A stretch of DNA of 64,000 nucleotides, taken from positions 15,740 through 79,739 of IMG/VR virus record IMGVR_UViG_3300013101_000007, one strand, 5' to 3'. Below the pieces are notes generated by a model. That model made no database searches. It worked only from the letters and a program-made list of their open reading frames with translations, and was not told the origin of the DNA. Position numbers and translations under genes: made by a program. This document shows, piece by piece, positions 9,610-19,364 of the stretch. The DNA comes from a virus. The stretch's first letter is position 1; each line of letters begins with the position of its first letter.

Positions 9610-11535
9610 ATGGCTATAAATGACAGTGTTATTAATTCTACCTTAATCGGGGCAACTCAGGAAACTGAAGGTACTTTTGTACCTGATGTAATCATTTCCG
9701 GTACTGTAAATAGTTCATCAATTAACTTTGGTTTAATTGGCTCTAATACAGTTATCGCTGGAAGTGGGGAAGTTACTGAGCCGGTTGCAGGTACGATTAA
9801 TAGCTCTGTCATTAACTTCGGTTTAATTAATTCATCCATTGCAGGTGAGGAGGTTGTAACCCCACCCGTAATAAGATTTAAAGTAAGTTCTCAACACGAA
9901 TCTGGCTTTTCTGATGTACCTAAAGTCACGGCTAATCATCAATCAGAATACTTCTTAGGTTCTTTCATCAAAGAGCAGAATGATGCTGGCTACGTTTTAG
10001 GTGAGACTGGTGTTCGTAGACAGCATGAGGCTAGTGCTGTTTTAAGAACTAGAGTTGCGGAAGGTGTACAGCATCAAGCCAGTAGTGCTTTGCGAGTAAC
10101 AAACCAACAAACGGGGGTGTATAGCACTAAAATAGGAGCATTTCATATTGCTCAAGTAATGTATACCGTAACTGCCAGTAATTCTATTTCTTACTCAATT
10201 AATGATAAAGTATCTAATCAATTGGATTCGGATTATGCAATAAAAGATACAAGTACTATAAGTAATCAACATGAATCCAGCACATTAATTAAAGTACAAG
10301 GACAAAATTCTATTGATTATTCTATTCGTGGGTTAGTAGTACAACAACACGAATCTACTTTTAATTTAAGAATAATCACTGTTAAACAGCATGAGTCTGG
10401 ATGGGAATTAAAAACCAGAAATTTTATAACTAACACTCATAAAGATATTTGGAATATAGGACAATCTACAGTAATTAATATTACAGATATTCCTTTTATA
10501 ATTTTACGAGGTGAAATTATAGAGATAATAGATGCTACGGTTTCACAAGATGAGGATGGTTATGCTTGGTTGGCTAATGTTACACTTGCGGATATTGCAG
10601 ACTATCAGAAATTTAATAGTAATGATGTTTTTACTCTTAATTTATTGGGTGAATTATTCGAGTTAATTGTTGATACTAAGGGGTTAAACAGAACAAATCC
10701 TGCCGCTGTTAGATTGTCCTTATCAGGATTATCCCCTACCGCTTTATTATCATCACCACGGGGCGAAAGGTTTACTAAGTTATGGGATGCACCGGTTTTA
10801 GCTAAAGATGCCGCTGAAGAGTTCTTAGGGGGCTTGACGATTGACTGGCAATTGATTAACTGGACAATACCAGCATTTGCTTTAGGTGTTACCAATGTAA
10901 CAGCTATGGAGATAGTGCAATTGATTGCAACGGCAGCTGGTGGGGTTGTGGAAACTAATACCGATGGTTCAATATTAGTAAGGCAGCGACATGCTGTAAG
11001 AGTACCTGATTATGATTCTTCAGCGGTTGACCAGATTTATACTGATGCTGAAGATAATATTTCTGTATTAGAAGGGCAATTATTTTCTAAGTCGATTAAT
11101 AAAGTGGCAATACATAATCAGAGTTCAAGTGCTGTTAATTCAGATACTATTCAATTTGAAAGTGATGAAGCAGACACCACTAAAGGTGTATTGATGGCTT
11201 ACCCAAGTCCATTTAGAGATATTACCATTACTCATACAGGCCCTTCATCCGTAGTACTCTCAAAGATAGGAGAAGTGCTTAGAACGGAAACCGAAATAAT
11301 TGAAATATTTGATGGTTCAGGCGGGGTTACTTTTCCTATACTTTCCATTGATTCAATAGATTGGTTGGAAGATGATTTAGGCGGCTTAACTTTTGATGGT
11401 AAAAAAGTTAATTCTACTGACCTTATAAATAAATTTAGTTTGGTTCAGATAACCTACACCACTAAAAGTATTAATTATGATGCTCAATATGTGGCAGATA
11501 CCAGAAAAATACAATTTTTAATGGAGACAGCATAA
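9610..11535 (+). CDS. Tail tip / baseplate hub-like structural protein
   Basis: N-terminal INSSxINFGLI repeats, multiple QHES repeats, hub-like C-terminal half; tail context. Confidence 0.55.
   Translation: MAINDSVINSTLIGATQETEGTFVPDVIISGTVNSSSINFGLIGSNTVIAGSGEVTEPVAGTINSSVINFGLINSSIAGEEVVTPPVIRFKVSSQHESGFSDVPKVTANHQSEYFLGSFIKEQNDAGYVLGETGVRRQHEASAVLRTRVAEGVQHQASSALRVTNQQTGVYSTKIGAFHIAQVMYTVTASNSISYSINDKVSNQLDSDYAIKDTSTISNQHESSTLIKVQGQNSIDYSIRGLVVQQHESTFNLRIITVKQHESGWELKTRNFITNTHKDIWNIGQSTVINITDIPFIILRGEIIEIIDATVSQDEDGYAWLANVTLADIADYQKFNSNDVFTLNLLGELFELIVDTKGLNRTNPAAVRLSLSGLSPTALLSSPRGERFTKLWDAPVLAKDAAEEFLGGLTIDWQLINWTIPAFALGVTNVTAMEIVQLIATAAGGVVETNTDGSILVRQRHAVRVPDYDSSAVDQIYTDAEDNISVLEGQLFSKSINKVAIHNQSSSAVNSDTIQFESDEADTTKGVLMAYPSPFRDITITHTGPSSVVLSKIGEVLRTETEIIEIFDGSGGVTFPILSIDSIDWLEDDLGGLTFDGKKVNSTDLINKFSLVQITYTTKSINYDAQYVADTRKIQFLMETA
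10916..10929. repeat. Dispersed palindrome, locus 3
   Basis: TGCAATTGATTGCA, in CDS. Confidence 0.9.
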
Positions 11536-12035
11536 TGGCTATTTCAGCTTCAATAGTTGTACAATTTCAAGGATTGACTTCAGAAAGTAATGCACAATTA
11601 ATTGCCGAAGTTGACTCAAGGGATGTGGAGGACGGTGGGCTTAATGATTCTACAACCTTTATTGGTGGGGATACGGTTAGTATATTGGCTTATGAGGAAG
11701 GGCTCACATCCATACAATCACTTGTATCAGCCGGTGGTATAGTTAAAACCGGTTCAGGCTCACGGGTTATTGAGGAGTTTGTAGAATTTTCTAATGAGTC
11801 CGAAGGTACATTGAGATTTCCTCCAGCTTCGGGATTAGTGGTTGAATGGTTCGGAAATGATCTTGGTTCAGTAGCTTACATTGGTGGTGGTAAAGTTAGG
11901 GCGGCTAATTCAGGTGTAGCGGTGGCACGTATAACTTACACGGCTAATTATTCTATTTATCAATTGGCAGCACCAACTACCATAAATGGTGAATCTGAAT
12001 TTACAATAGTTGTAGTTTTTATTGGAGTAATCTGA
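11535..12035 (+). CDS. Putative tail protein
   Basis: Coupled; partial similarity to 2361..3266. Confidence 0.5.
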   Translation: MAISASIVVQFQGLTSESNAQLIAEVDSRDVEDGGLNDSTTFIGGDTVSILAYEEGLTSIQSLVSAGGIVKTGSGSRVIEEFVEFSNESEGTLRFPPASGLVVEWFGNDLGSVAYIGGGKVRAANSGVAVARITYTANYSIYQLAAPTTINGESEFTIVVVFIGVI

Positions 12036-12340
12036 TGGCTTTTGCAATGATAGTGCAACGGGGTTTAGGAGATAAACAAGGGGCTGATATTATCGACCCT
12101 TTAATTAATTCTGTGCTTGTTGGATTATCTAGGGGGCAATCTGAGATTGACGAAAATGGAGAGAACCTACAACAAGTGGTCATTAATACTGTATTTAGAT
12201 CGGGTGTTAAGCTTGGGCATTTAGCTGAAGTAAGTGACTCTTTGCAAGGGGTTACTTGGCGTGGAAAAATTATAGGCATAAGTCATGTTTCACGGTCAGG
12301 TACATTAACTACTGACCTAACTATAAGGAGACCGGCATGA
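12035..12340 (+). CDS. Putative tail protein
   Basis: Coupled ORF in tail operon. Confidence 0.45.
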   Translation: MAFAMIVQRGLGDKQGADIIDPLINSVLVGLSRGQSEIDENGENLQQVVINTVFRSGVKLGHLAEVSDSLQGVTWRGKIIGISHVSRSGTLTTDLTIRRPA

Positions 12341-12573
12341 GTCAAGGGTTAGTAGAATTAAGACGATTATTATTTCAAGGGACTGGAAAGGTAACGGCAC
12401 TTGTTTCAGCGATAAATGATACTGAATTAACAGTATCCACGCCTACCGGTATAAAGAAAATAGAGAACCAAACTGCTACTCAGTTTTTGGTTGGCGATTC
12501 AGTTGTAATAGATGGCAATACTCTTATAGGTAAAGTATCAAGTGAGCAGGCAATACCTGTGTACTTTGTTTAA
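12337..12573 (+). CDS. Small OB-fold-like tail tip protein
   Basis: ATGA overlap; FLVGDSVVIDG pattern. Confidence 0.4.
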   Translation: MSQGLVELRRLLFQGTGKVTALVSAINDTELTVSTPTGIKKIENQTATQFLVGDSVVIDGNTLIGKVSSEQAIPVYFV

Positions 12574-12620
12574 AAGAGGTTGTATGATTTTTCCATTAAC
12601 TAAGTAGAGGGCTACGCACG

Positions 12621-12938
12621 ATGGCACAAGTAACAGTAGCGGTTGAACCGCACTTCCCAGTATCATTGATTTACGACCCAGCCAATTCGGTACAGGGTGC
12701 TAATTCTAATGAATCTAAGATTTCAAGAGTACCTAGAATCATAACGGTTGAAGCAATGGCAGCGGGTACTGTAATATCAGTACAAGTATCGGTTCATCCT
12801 GATTCTGTATTTCAGGAAATTGTTAGTCTTGACGGTGCTAATGGTGCTGAACAGAATCATATTTTTGACCCTCGTTGGAACTTTGTTAAATTAGTTCGTA
12901 CAGGCGCACAAAACATTAAAGCTTATGCTCAATCTTAA
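12621..12938 (+). CDS. Hypothetical structural protein
   Basis: ORF with RBS, beta-rich. Confidence 0.45.
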   Translation: MAQVTVAVEPHFPVSLIYDPANSVQGANSNESKISRVPRIITVEAMAAGTVISVQVSVHPDSVFQEIVSLDGANGAEQNHIFDPRWNFVKLVRTGAQNIKAYAQS

Positions 12939-12942
12939 TCAG

Positions 12943-12956
12943 TGAAATTGATTGCA
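12943..12956. repeat. Dispersed palindrome, locus 4 (1 mismatch)
   Basis: TGAAATTGATTGCA, intergenic. Confidence 0.8.
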
Positions 12957-12969
12957 ATGGAGGTGATTT

Positions 12970-13332
12970 ATGGCAGCGGTCGAAAAAGATTTATTAATTG
13001 AACAAGGGGCTAAATTTACACATACCTTTATAAGACGGGATTCTGAACAAGTACCTATATCTTTATCTGGATTTGATGCTTTGATGCACATACGCGAAGC
13101 GATAGATTCTGATAATATATTGGAGACTTTATCTACCAGTAATGGGCGTATTGTTATTGAAGCCGCTTCTGAAACTGGTCGTATAGACTTGATAATTGGA
13201 GCAACGGACACAGCGGCTATGGTTTGGGTTAGTGGGGTGTATGATTTAGAATTAATTGAAATTGCGGATACTGAAAATGTTATCCGGTTGGTTAAGGGTG
13301 GGTTTACTGTTGACCCTGAAGTTACAAGATAA
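12970..13332 (+). CDS. Virion protein, BppU-like Ig-fold family
   Basis: IEQGA..F...LSGF.A.MHIR...GVYDLEL...G.FTVDPEVTR pattern common in phage structural proteins; GGAGG RBS. Confidence 0.6.
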   Translation: MAAVEKDLLIEQGAKFTHTFIRRDSEQVPISLSGFDALMHIREAIDSDNILETLSTSNGRIVIEAASETGRIDLIIGATDTAAMVWVSGVYDLELIEIADTENVIRLVKGGFTVDPEVTR

Positions 13333-13877
13333 TGGCTTCTATAATTACAGAAACAGAAACAGTCTGTGATTTAGTTTCTCAAGATAATGTAACCGAGCTT
13401 GTATCTGTTGACGAGATAACTTACATAGATGATATTTCAGATATAACTGAGATAGTGGAATCTATTAATGAAACTCAGATTTTATCTGTTGAATCGGTAA
13501 CTGAGATTGTTGATTCGTGTGTTCAAGGAGCGAAAGGTTCAAAAGGTAATGACGGCACGGCAGCACAACAAATAAATGTATCTGTTATGGTTGGTGCAAG
13601 CGTAATTGCTGATAACCTCTCTGTAGCCATAAATCCCTCTTCTAAGTGGATTATAACGGCTATTGATACCGTGGGTAACAAAAGGCGTATTAGTGAGGTA
13701 GTGGCTATTCACAATGGAATTGTGGCAAAGCATACTCATTATGGAATAACGGGTGATAAAGTACCTTACGTGGTAGATGTAATTATATCAGGTGGGTTAT
13801 TTTTTCAATTGAAGATAACGAATAACCATACTGAGGATTTAGACCTCAAGGTTTTGAGACTGAGTACTGTACTATGA
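13332..13877 (+). CDS. Structural protein with short collagen-like stretch
   Basis: GAKGSKGNDG; acidic N-terminus; C-terminal domain resembles that of 14082..15515. Confidence 0.5.
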   Translation: MASIITETETVCDLVSQDNVTELVSVDEITYIDDISDITEIVESINETQILSVESVTEIVDSCVQGAKGSKGNDGTAAQQINVSVMVGASVIADNLSVAINPSSKWIITAIDTVGNKRRISEVVAIHNGIVAKHTHYGITGDKVPYVVDVIISGGLFFQLKITNNHTEDLDLKVLRLSTVL

Positions 13878-14071
13878 GAATTGAAACAAGAAAATTAGGG
13901 TTAGCGGCTTTCATTAAAATGAATAATGGCAATTTAATTGAAGTAGCTTCGGGTAAGTTCGCATTTGAATCTGAAAAAGCAGAATCACAATGGGAAGTTG
14001 AGTATTTGAATTCGTGCTGTCATAGGCACGATACTGAACTAATCAATCTACGAAAATTAATCAGAAACTAA
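13874..14071 (+). CDS. Hypothetical protein
   Basis: ATGA overlap, 65 aa. Confidence 0.5.
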   Translation: MRIETRKLGLAAFIKMNNGNLIEVASGKFAFESEKAESQWEVEYLNSCCHRHDTELINLRKLIRN

Positions 14072-14081
14072 GGAGTCTGAA

Positions 14082-15515
14082 ATGTCAGAACAATTATTTA
14101 GCACCGGTTTAGGTTTTGCAATCGAAAATGAAGCTACCGGCACAGTAACATTTGAACACTTTGTAACAGGTGGACTCCCCGGAGACGCAGGTTTATCAGC
14201 TGATGAATTAGCATTATCCAATAACGCGCCTATTGGTGCAAAAGCTACAGATTCAACAAGTGGATTTGAGTACCGTAAAAAAACTGCTGGTTCGGGCACA
14301 GATAAATGGGTACGGTTAGCTGACCAAGATGACATTATCGCTTCAGGTGGTACAGAGTCATGGAGAGAACCGGCCTTAATTAAAGATGATACTGTCTACG
14401 CGAATATTGCAGCTGCGGAAGTTGCTGTAAACACTGGTACTATTGATGGTGTTTCTCTTTCTGCAACTGACCGTATTTTATTTACAGCTATAACAGGCGA
14501 AGGTAAAAACGTATTCATTGTTACCGGAACTCCCGGAGCTGGTGCAACATTGGTGGAAGATGCCAATGAAGAAACTAATAACGATGCAATTATTATTGAT
14601 GATGGTACTTTTGCAGGTAATCAGTTTAATTACAATAGTACTTCAGTTAGCTGGATTCGTTCTAATCAAACCAGTTTAGATGAGCTTGCCTTTATCCGTA
14701 CTTTCATTGGTAAAGATGCGGCTGGTTCTGAATTGCCTGGGTACACTTCTACAAACCATGTAGCTAACAATGATACTCTTGAAGTAGCAATTGGGAAACT
14801 GGATACTGCGGTAGGTAGTAATGATACTGACATTGGAAACAATGCCACTTCTATAGGCAATATTCAAACTGAATTAGATGACTTTGAAACCGCTATGGGT
14901 GCGGTCATTGATGCTAATGGTGATTATGTAGCCTTTTCTGGTACTAATTATCTTGATAGTAATAGTGACTTAACAGAAGATTTAACTGATCTGGATACAC
15001 AGGTTAAAGCTAACGCTGATGCTATTGGTTTAATATCGAATGATGATACAAACCAAAATGCCTTTATGGGCAAAACAAGCACCGGTGCGGAAACTCCAAC
15101 CTATTCATCCTCTGAGATTGTCACTCAATCAGGAAACCTTGAATCAGCAATTGGTGAACTGGATGCTTTCTTAGATCAAACTAACCACGCTGTTTCTATT
15201 TCAGGTATTACTACTTTACAGGTTATTGACTCAATTCTGGTTGATGATGTTAAAGCAGTACGTTGGTTGGTACATGTTCAACAAGGTACTAAAGTAATCA
15301 CTTATGAGATTGATGCTACACATGATGGCACAAGTTCAAGTGATGCTACTGCTACCGACTTCACTAAGTATGCCCGTTTGAAAATGAATGGTAATATCGT
15401 GGGTATTAAAATCAATGTAAGAATTGCTGGAGCTACTACGGCTCAAACAATGGAGCTTACTGTTGAAGCCACAAGTGGTGTTGTTGCATCTAGTTCAAGA
15501 CTTTCAGTAATCTAA
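14082..15515 (+). CDS. Fibre/whisker-like structural protein with coiled-coil repeats
   Basis: Repeated LExAIGxLD / YSS-type segments; AAGGAG RBS. Confidence 0.6.
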   Translation: MSEQLFSTGLGFAIENEATGTVTFEHFVTGGLPGDAGLSADELALSNNAPIGAKATDSTSGFEYRKKTAGSGTDKWVRLADQDDIIASGGTESWREPALIKDDTVYANIAAAEVAVNTGTIDGVSLSATDRILFTAITGEGKNVFIVTGTPGAGATLVEDANEETNNDAIIIDDGTFAGNQFNYNSTSVSWIRSNQTSLDELAFIRTFIGKDAAGSELPGYTSTNHVANNDTLEVAIGKLDTAVGSNDTDIGNNATSIGNIQTELDDFETAMGAVIDANGDYVAFSGTNYLDSNSDLTEDLTDLDTQVKANADAIGLISNDDTNQNAFMGKTSTGAETPTYSSSEIVTQSGNLESAIGELDAFLDQTNHAVSISGITTLQVIDSILVDDVKAVRWLVHVQQGTKVITYEIDATHDGTSSSDATATDFTKYARLKMNGNIVGIKINVRIAGATTAQTMELTVEATSGVVASSSRLSVI

Positions 15516-16009
15516 TGTCTGATGATGTACAATTTGCTCACGAAGTAGAATCGCTTATCGTGGGCAATGAACCTAACCTCATTGGCTTTTTTGCCGGTGG
15601 GGTTTTACCTCATATAGCGGTTCCTGATGCACCGATAAACTCAAGATATTATCGAAGCACTGGTGATTTATATGTCAATAAAAATGTATTGGGTGGCTTT
15701 GGTAGTTTAGCAGGTGACTGGGTTATTGATGATATTAATAGTATCGGAAGTAAAATAATAACCTTTGTTCCCTTCTACAAACCTAATGGGCAACAAGACC
15801 CTATTGTTTTATTAGATGCAGAAATTCTACCTTTTATCAATCAAGGCGGTAGTCAAGATGATATTGATTTGATAAATGGTGAAGTACCTTTCTTTAGTTC
15901 GGTTTTGGTGAGTGACCCTATATCTTTAGGAACTACCATTAATGCAACACAAGTACCCTTCTTTAATCAAGACGGTTCACAAGATAATATTCCAGTAGTT
16001 AATCCGTAA
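15515..16009 (+). CDS. Structural protein with VPF..xGSQDxI repeats
   Basis: Four internal repeats (VPFYKPNGQQDPI, LPFINQGGSQDDI, VPFF..SDPI, VPFFNQDGSQDNI). Confidence 0.5.
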   Translation: MSDDVQFAHEVESLIVGNEPNLIGFFAGGVLPHIAVPDAPINSRYYRSTGDLYVNKNVLGGFGSLAGDWVIDDINSIGSKIITFVPFYKPNGQQDPIVLLDAEILPFINQGGSQDDIDLINGEVPFFSSVLVSDPISLGTTINATQVPFFNQDGSQDNIPVVNP

Positions 16010-16023
16010 AAGGAGAAATAAAA

Positions 16024-16887
16024 ATGACAGATATAATACCGTTAAAGGTACGGAGGACGCTAGGCGATACTGACGCTTTGGCAGAATTTGAAGTGGGTGA
16101 TACTACGGCTTTGGTTCACGGTGGTACAAGTGCAACCACAGCTTCGGGTGCAAGAACTAATATAGGGGCGGCTTCTCAAGTTGATTTAGACTTACATGAA
16201 AATGACAACACTAATGGGCACGGAGTAACTGCGGCTCAAACTGGAGCGGTGGCATTATCCGAAAAGGCTGTTGCTAACGGTGTCGCTACTCTGGATGGTG
16301 GTGGTAAAATACCAGCGGCTCAAATACCCGCTGTAAGCTTACCTGAAGTACATGTTGTAGCAGATACAACCGCACGTTTAGCATTGACTGTTCAAGAGGG
16401 TGACGAGGCCATACAGCTTGATGATGGCAGTCATTGGATATACGATGGCAGCGCGTGGCATAATAGACCACAACCCTCAGTTATATTTGGTTCAGAATAT
16501 CAAGCAGAGACACACGAAAGCTTAGAATCAACAACAAGTGCTACTCCTATTCTTTACCATACATGGGTAACAAGTAATCTACCGGTTGGTGATTATAGAT
16601 TAATCTGGATACCTATATTTAGTACTTCTCAAGGTGCTGGTAAACGAATACATATTGACTTGTATCGTAATGCTGTTTTAGAAGGTCATCCAATACACCA
16701 AAAGTCTGCTAAAGATGATGAAAGTTATTTAAGTTTAAATTCAGGCTCAATAGATAGTCAAACTAGAATAATATTACTTAATTCTATTTCAGGTGTTCAA
16801 ACTTTTACAGTAGAGTATGCTTCTCAGGCAGCAACAAAAGAAGTTAATATGATTTCAAACCAATTTGAATTATGGAGGGTGGCATGA
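16024..16887 (+). CDS. Minor tail fibre-like protein
   Basis: GGTSATTASGARTNIG and ANGVATLDGGGKIPAAQIP phage fibre motifs. Confidence 0.65.
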   Translation: MTDIIPLKVRRTLGDTDALAEFEVGDTTALVHGGTSATTASGARTNIGAASQVDLDLHENDNTNGHGVTAAQTGAVALSEKAVANGVATLDGGGKIPAAQIPAVSLPEVHVVADTTARLALTVQEGDEAIQLDDGSHWIYDGSAWHNRPQPSVIFGSEYQAETHESLESTTSATPILYHTWVTSNLPVGDYRLIWIPIFSTSQGAGKRIHIDLYRNAVLEGHPIHQKSAKDDESYLSLNSGSIDSQTRIILLNSISGVQTFTVEYASQAATKEVNMISNQFELWRVA

Positions 16888-17507
16888 ATTATACTTATAG
16901 CGTGTTAGTGGATTTCACTTCTACTACTACACCGAGCGCGGGGGCATTAACTTCAGAGATAATGCTTTTGGGATTAGGTGCAAGTTTATCAGGTGTATCC
17001 ACAAAAGGTGATGTTGTAACCATTTCCTTTGATGGTTCGGTAACTGGTATGGATAAAACCAAACTAGACCAAGCAGTATCAGATCATACGGGCATAGTCA
17101 GTGTAAAAACAGTTATCGAAACTGTGATGATTGTACCTACAGACAGGCGCATAGATACTGAAAATGACTGGCAAGATTTAGGCGGGGTTATTGTTGCACC
17201 GGCTTCATTTCCAGTGGCTTTAGGTAATCTAAGGGCTCAAGTTACCGGTCAGTTTAAAATCAAAGCAGGTATGGATGCAGAACTATGCTTAACTGAATCT
17301 GGGGATTGGAACTCTTTACCTGATAGTGAGCTTATTGACCCTCCTCATGTTCTAACAAATAGTAATGATGGTTGGCTTCCATTTACAATTGTAAGCAATA
17401 TTGATGTTCGGGATGGATACTGGGCTTATGTAGTTAAAGCAAGGGCTGGTGGATGTGATGGTTTTTATCTTAGATACCTAACATTGTCTATTGTGGAGCA
17501 AACGTAA
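16884..17507 (+). CDS. Hypothetical fibre-associated protein
   Basis: ATGA overlap with GGAGGG RBS favours start at 16884. Confidence 0.5.
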   Translation: MNYTYSVLVDFTSTTTPSAGALTSEIMLLGLGASLSGVSTKGDVVTISFDGSVTGMDKTKLDQAVSDHTGIVSVKTVIETVMIVPTDRRIDTENDWQDLGGVIVAPASFPVALGNLRAQVTGQFKIKAGMDAELCLTESGDWNSLPDSELIDPPHVLTNSNDGWLPFTIVSNIDVRDGYWAYVVKARAGGCDGFYLRYLTLSIVEQT

Positions 17508-18020
17508 ATGATACCGGAGGCTAAACAAAAGCACATTGTACTAATTACAGATGATAGTGTTACGGAACGCGCTTTTATTAGCAGTTCTTTGCTTGCTAAT
17601 TCTCAAGCAGAAGTAACTATTTATGAATCTGAAAATCAAGAGGAATTATTTAATACCTTAGACCGGTTGATGTGTTCAAGAACTTTACCTTCATTAGTTA
17701 TTCTGGATTTCTTATTAGGTACTACGCATGGTGTGATTGTGGCAGACCGGCTAAGAAGAAATTATCCACCTATTCCAGTAGTAGTTCTTGGTGCTTGTTT
17801 AGGTAGTGGAGAATTAATAACCAAACTTTACCGGCTAGGGGTTAATGGCTATATTGTGAAACCCCAAACTGAAAAAGACTACGATAAAATAATGAATCAG
17901 ATAGTGGACATTTGGCTTCATCAACCTCAACCTGTTTGGAGATTTAGGGGGGATGCGTGTACTACTGAATGTTCAGTGAATGATAGGAGGCGGTATGATA
18001 GACGGGGTGTTGGTAAATGA
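17508..18020 (+). CDS. Stand-alone response regulator receiver (CheY-like) with Arg-rich tail
   Basis: LITDD acidic pocket, LVILD phospho-Asp, IPVVVL, GVNGYIVKP; C-terminal DRRRYDRR. Confidence 0.8.
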   Translation: MIPEAKQKHIVLITDDSVTERAFISSSLLANSQAEVTIYESENQEELFNTLDRLMCSRTLPSLVILDFLLGTTHGVIVADRLRRNYPPIPVVVLGACLGSGELITKLYRLGVNGYIVKPQTEKDYDKIMNQIVDIWLHQPQPVWRFRGDACTTECSVNDRRRYDRRGVGK

Positions 18021-18468
18021 CATAGGAGCTATAAATGCTATTGTTGGAATAACGGTGGCGGCTGTACCCTTATGGTTTGCCTTGAGGAAACTTAAAAACA
18101 TTTTATATGGTTTTTTTGTTCAGCCGTTAGTAGATAGATTTAATACATTTTGTCAGACTAGACAAGATGAAAGAATTAAACAGGTTTTTGAGGAGATACA
18201 ACCTATGATTGAAGCACATGTTCATTTAACGCTACAAGAGCATAGGCAATTATTGGATGACCAGCAAATAATTCTAAAGAGTTCAATCGCTGAAAACGTG
18301 GAATTCAAAAGTTTTGTTAATGAAGGGATGATAACCTTAACTAAGTCGATAGATAAATTGGTTTTGGTGGTAACAAAGAATACTGAGGATTCAAAACGTG
18401 TCAGGGATTGTTTAGAAACTATAGATGGTAAAACTTGCCCTGCATTTAAAATTAAACAAGGTGGATAA
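17995..18468 (+). CDS. Membrane-anchored coiled-coil protein (holin-like?)
   Basis: Single N-terminal TM segment; AGGAGG RBS; lysis region. Confidence 0.45.
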   Translation: MIDGVLVNDIGAINAIVGITVAAVPLWFALRKLKNILYGFFVQPLVDRFNTFCQTRQDERIKQVFEEIQPMIEAHVHLTLQEHRQLLDDQQIILKSSIAENVEFKSFVNEGMITLTKSIDKLVLVVTKNTEDSKRVRDCLETIDGKTCPAFKIKQGG

Positions 18469-18470
18469 TT

Positions 18471-18893
18471 ATGCAACACAAATATGAATTGATAGCCGAA
18501 GCCGGTTTTAACGATTTAACGCCTGAACAAAAAAATAAAATTTGTAATGGTGCTGGTGCGGCTGGAGACTGGAGAAGCATTTTAATTCCTAACACGCTTT
18601 GGGGGTTGGACTGTACTCAGGTTTTTGATCTACATGATTACGCATACCACGTAGGCAGAACTTACGAAGAAAAATGTAGGGCTGATATATCCATGTTGAT
18701 TAATCTGATACGGTTCATTAATAAAAAAGGTGGCTGGTTATCTGTTGCCAGAAGATACCGAGCAGTTACTTATTACGATGCTGTATTTGAGTTAGGAGAA
18801 GATGCTTTCTTTAATGAAGAAAAAGGTAATTTGCATTTAAAGCCTACTGAAGAATACATCATTGCAGGGGCAACGGCTGTTAAGATTAAATAG
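18471..18893 (+). CDS. Phospholipase A2-like / DUF1353-like protein
   Basis: CNGAG...DLHDYAY...RAD motif matches the PLA2-type HD signature. Confidence 0.5.
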   Translation: MQHKYELIAEAGFNDLTPEQKNKICNGAGAAGDWRSILIPNTLWGLDCTQVFDLHDYAYHVGRTYEEKCRADISMLINLIRFINKKGGWLSVARRYRAVTYYDAVFELGEDAFFNEEKGNLHLKPTEEYIIAGATAVKIK

Positions 18894-18896
18894 TAT

Positions 18897-18910
18897 TGCA
18901 ATCAATTGCA
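18897..18910. repeat. Dispersed palindrome, locus 5
   Basis: TGCAATCAATTGCA, intergenic. Confidence 0.9.
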
Positions 18911-19070
18911 CGGGGGTTTTTTATGGGTGGTATCTATTGGGGCAGGTTAAAACGGGCATTAGTGGTCTGTATAGTGGTGTTAGTGTGGGCTATGCTTCTT
19001 TCTGCATAACCAACATCATAATTATGTTAATAGGGCTTAAAACGCCTTAGATTAGATTAGGGGAATTAGT

Positions 19071-19364
19071 ATGGCGGCAACCGTTTATAACAAGCCTGTA
19101 ACCGGCCTTGTTAATGCAATACCAGCAATGGTTTTAATTTTAATTTTTTCGATTATTACTTTAGTGGGGTGCGAGACTATAACCACTATTTCAGAACATA
19201 GAAGGGTTTATTGTGATAGAACAACTGATAGCGTGGCTAAAGGGGTGGCAATCGAAGCCATCCGAGAAGATCATTCCTACTACCCAGAAGAAGGAATTTG
19301 TACCGATTTTGGAGAAGCCTATTTTGACAGAGCAACTGCTGAAGCAGAAGTCCAAAATGAGTAG
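19071..19364 (+). CDS. Lipoprotein (possible spanin component)
   Basis: Hydrophobic signal ending in lipobox LVGC; next to endolysin. Confidence 0.55.
   Translation: MAATVYNKPVTGLVNAIPAMVLILIFSIITLVGCETITTISEHRRVYCDRTTDSVAKGVAIEAIREDHSYYPEEGICTDFGEAYFDRATAEAEVQNE

Noticed and set aside
18862-19050. 62-aa ORF between PLA2-like and lipoprotein genes
   Set aside because: TTG start inside the previous gene, no clear RBS, crosses a palindrome site; probably non-coding, though a tiny holin cannot be fully excluded
19213-19356. N-terminal extension of the amidase given in the ORF track
   Set aside because: Overlaps the lipoprotein gene; the amidase domain starts at ATG 19357. A nested spanin-like reading could not be supported
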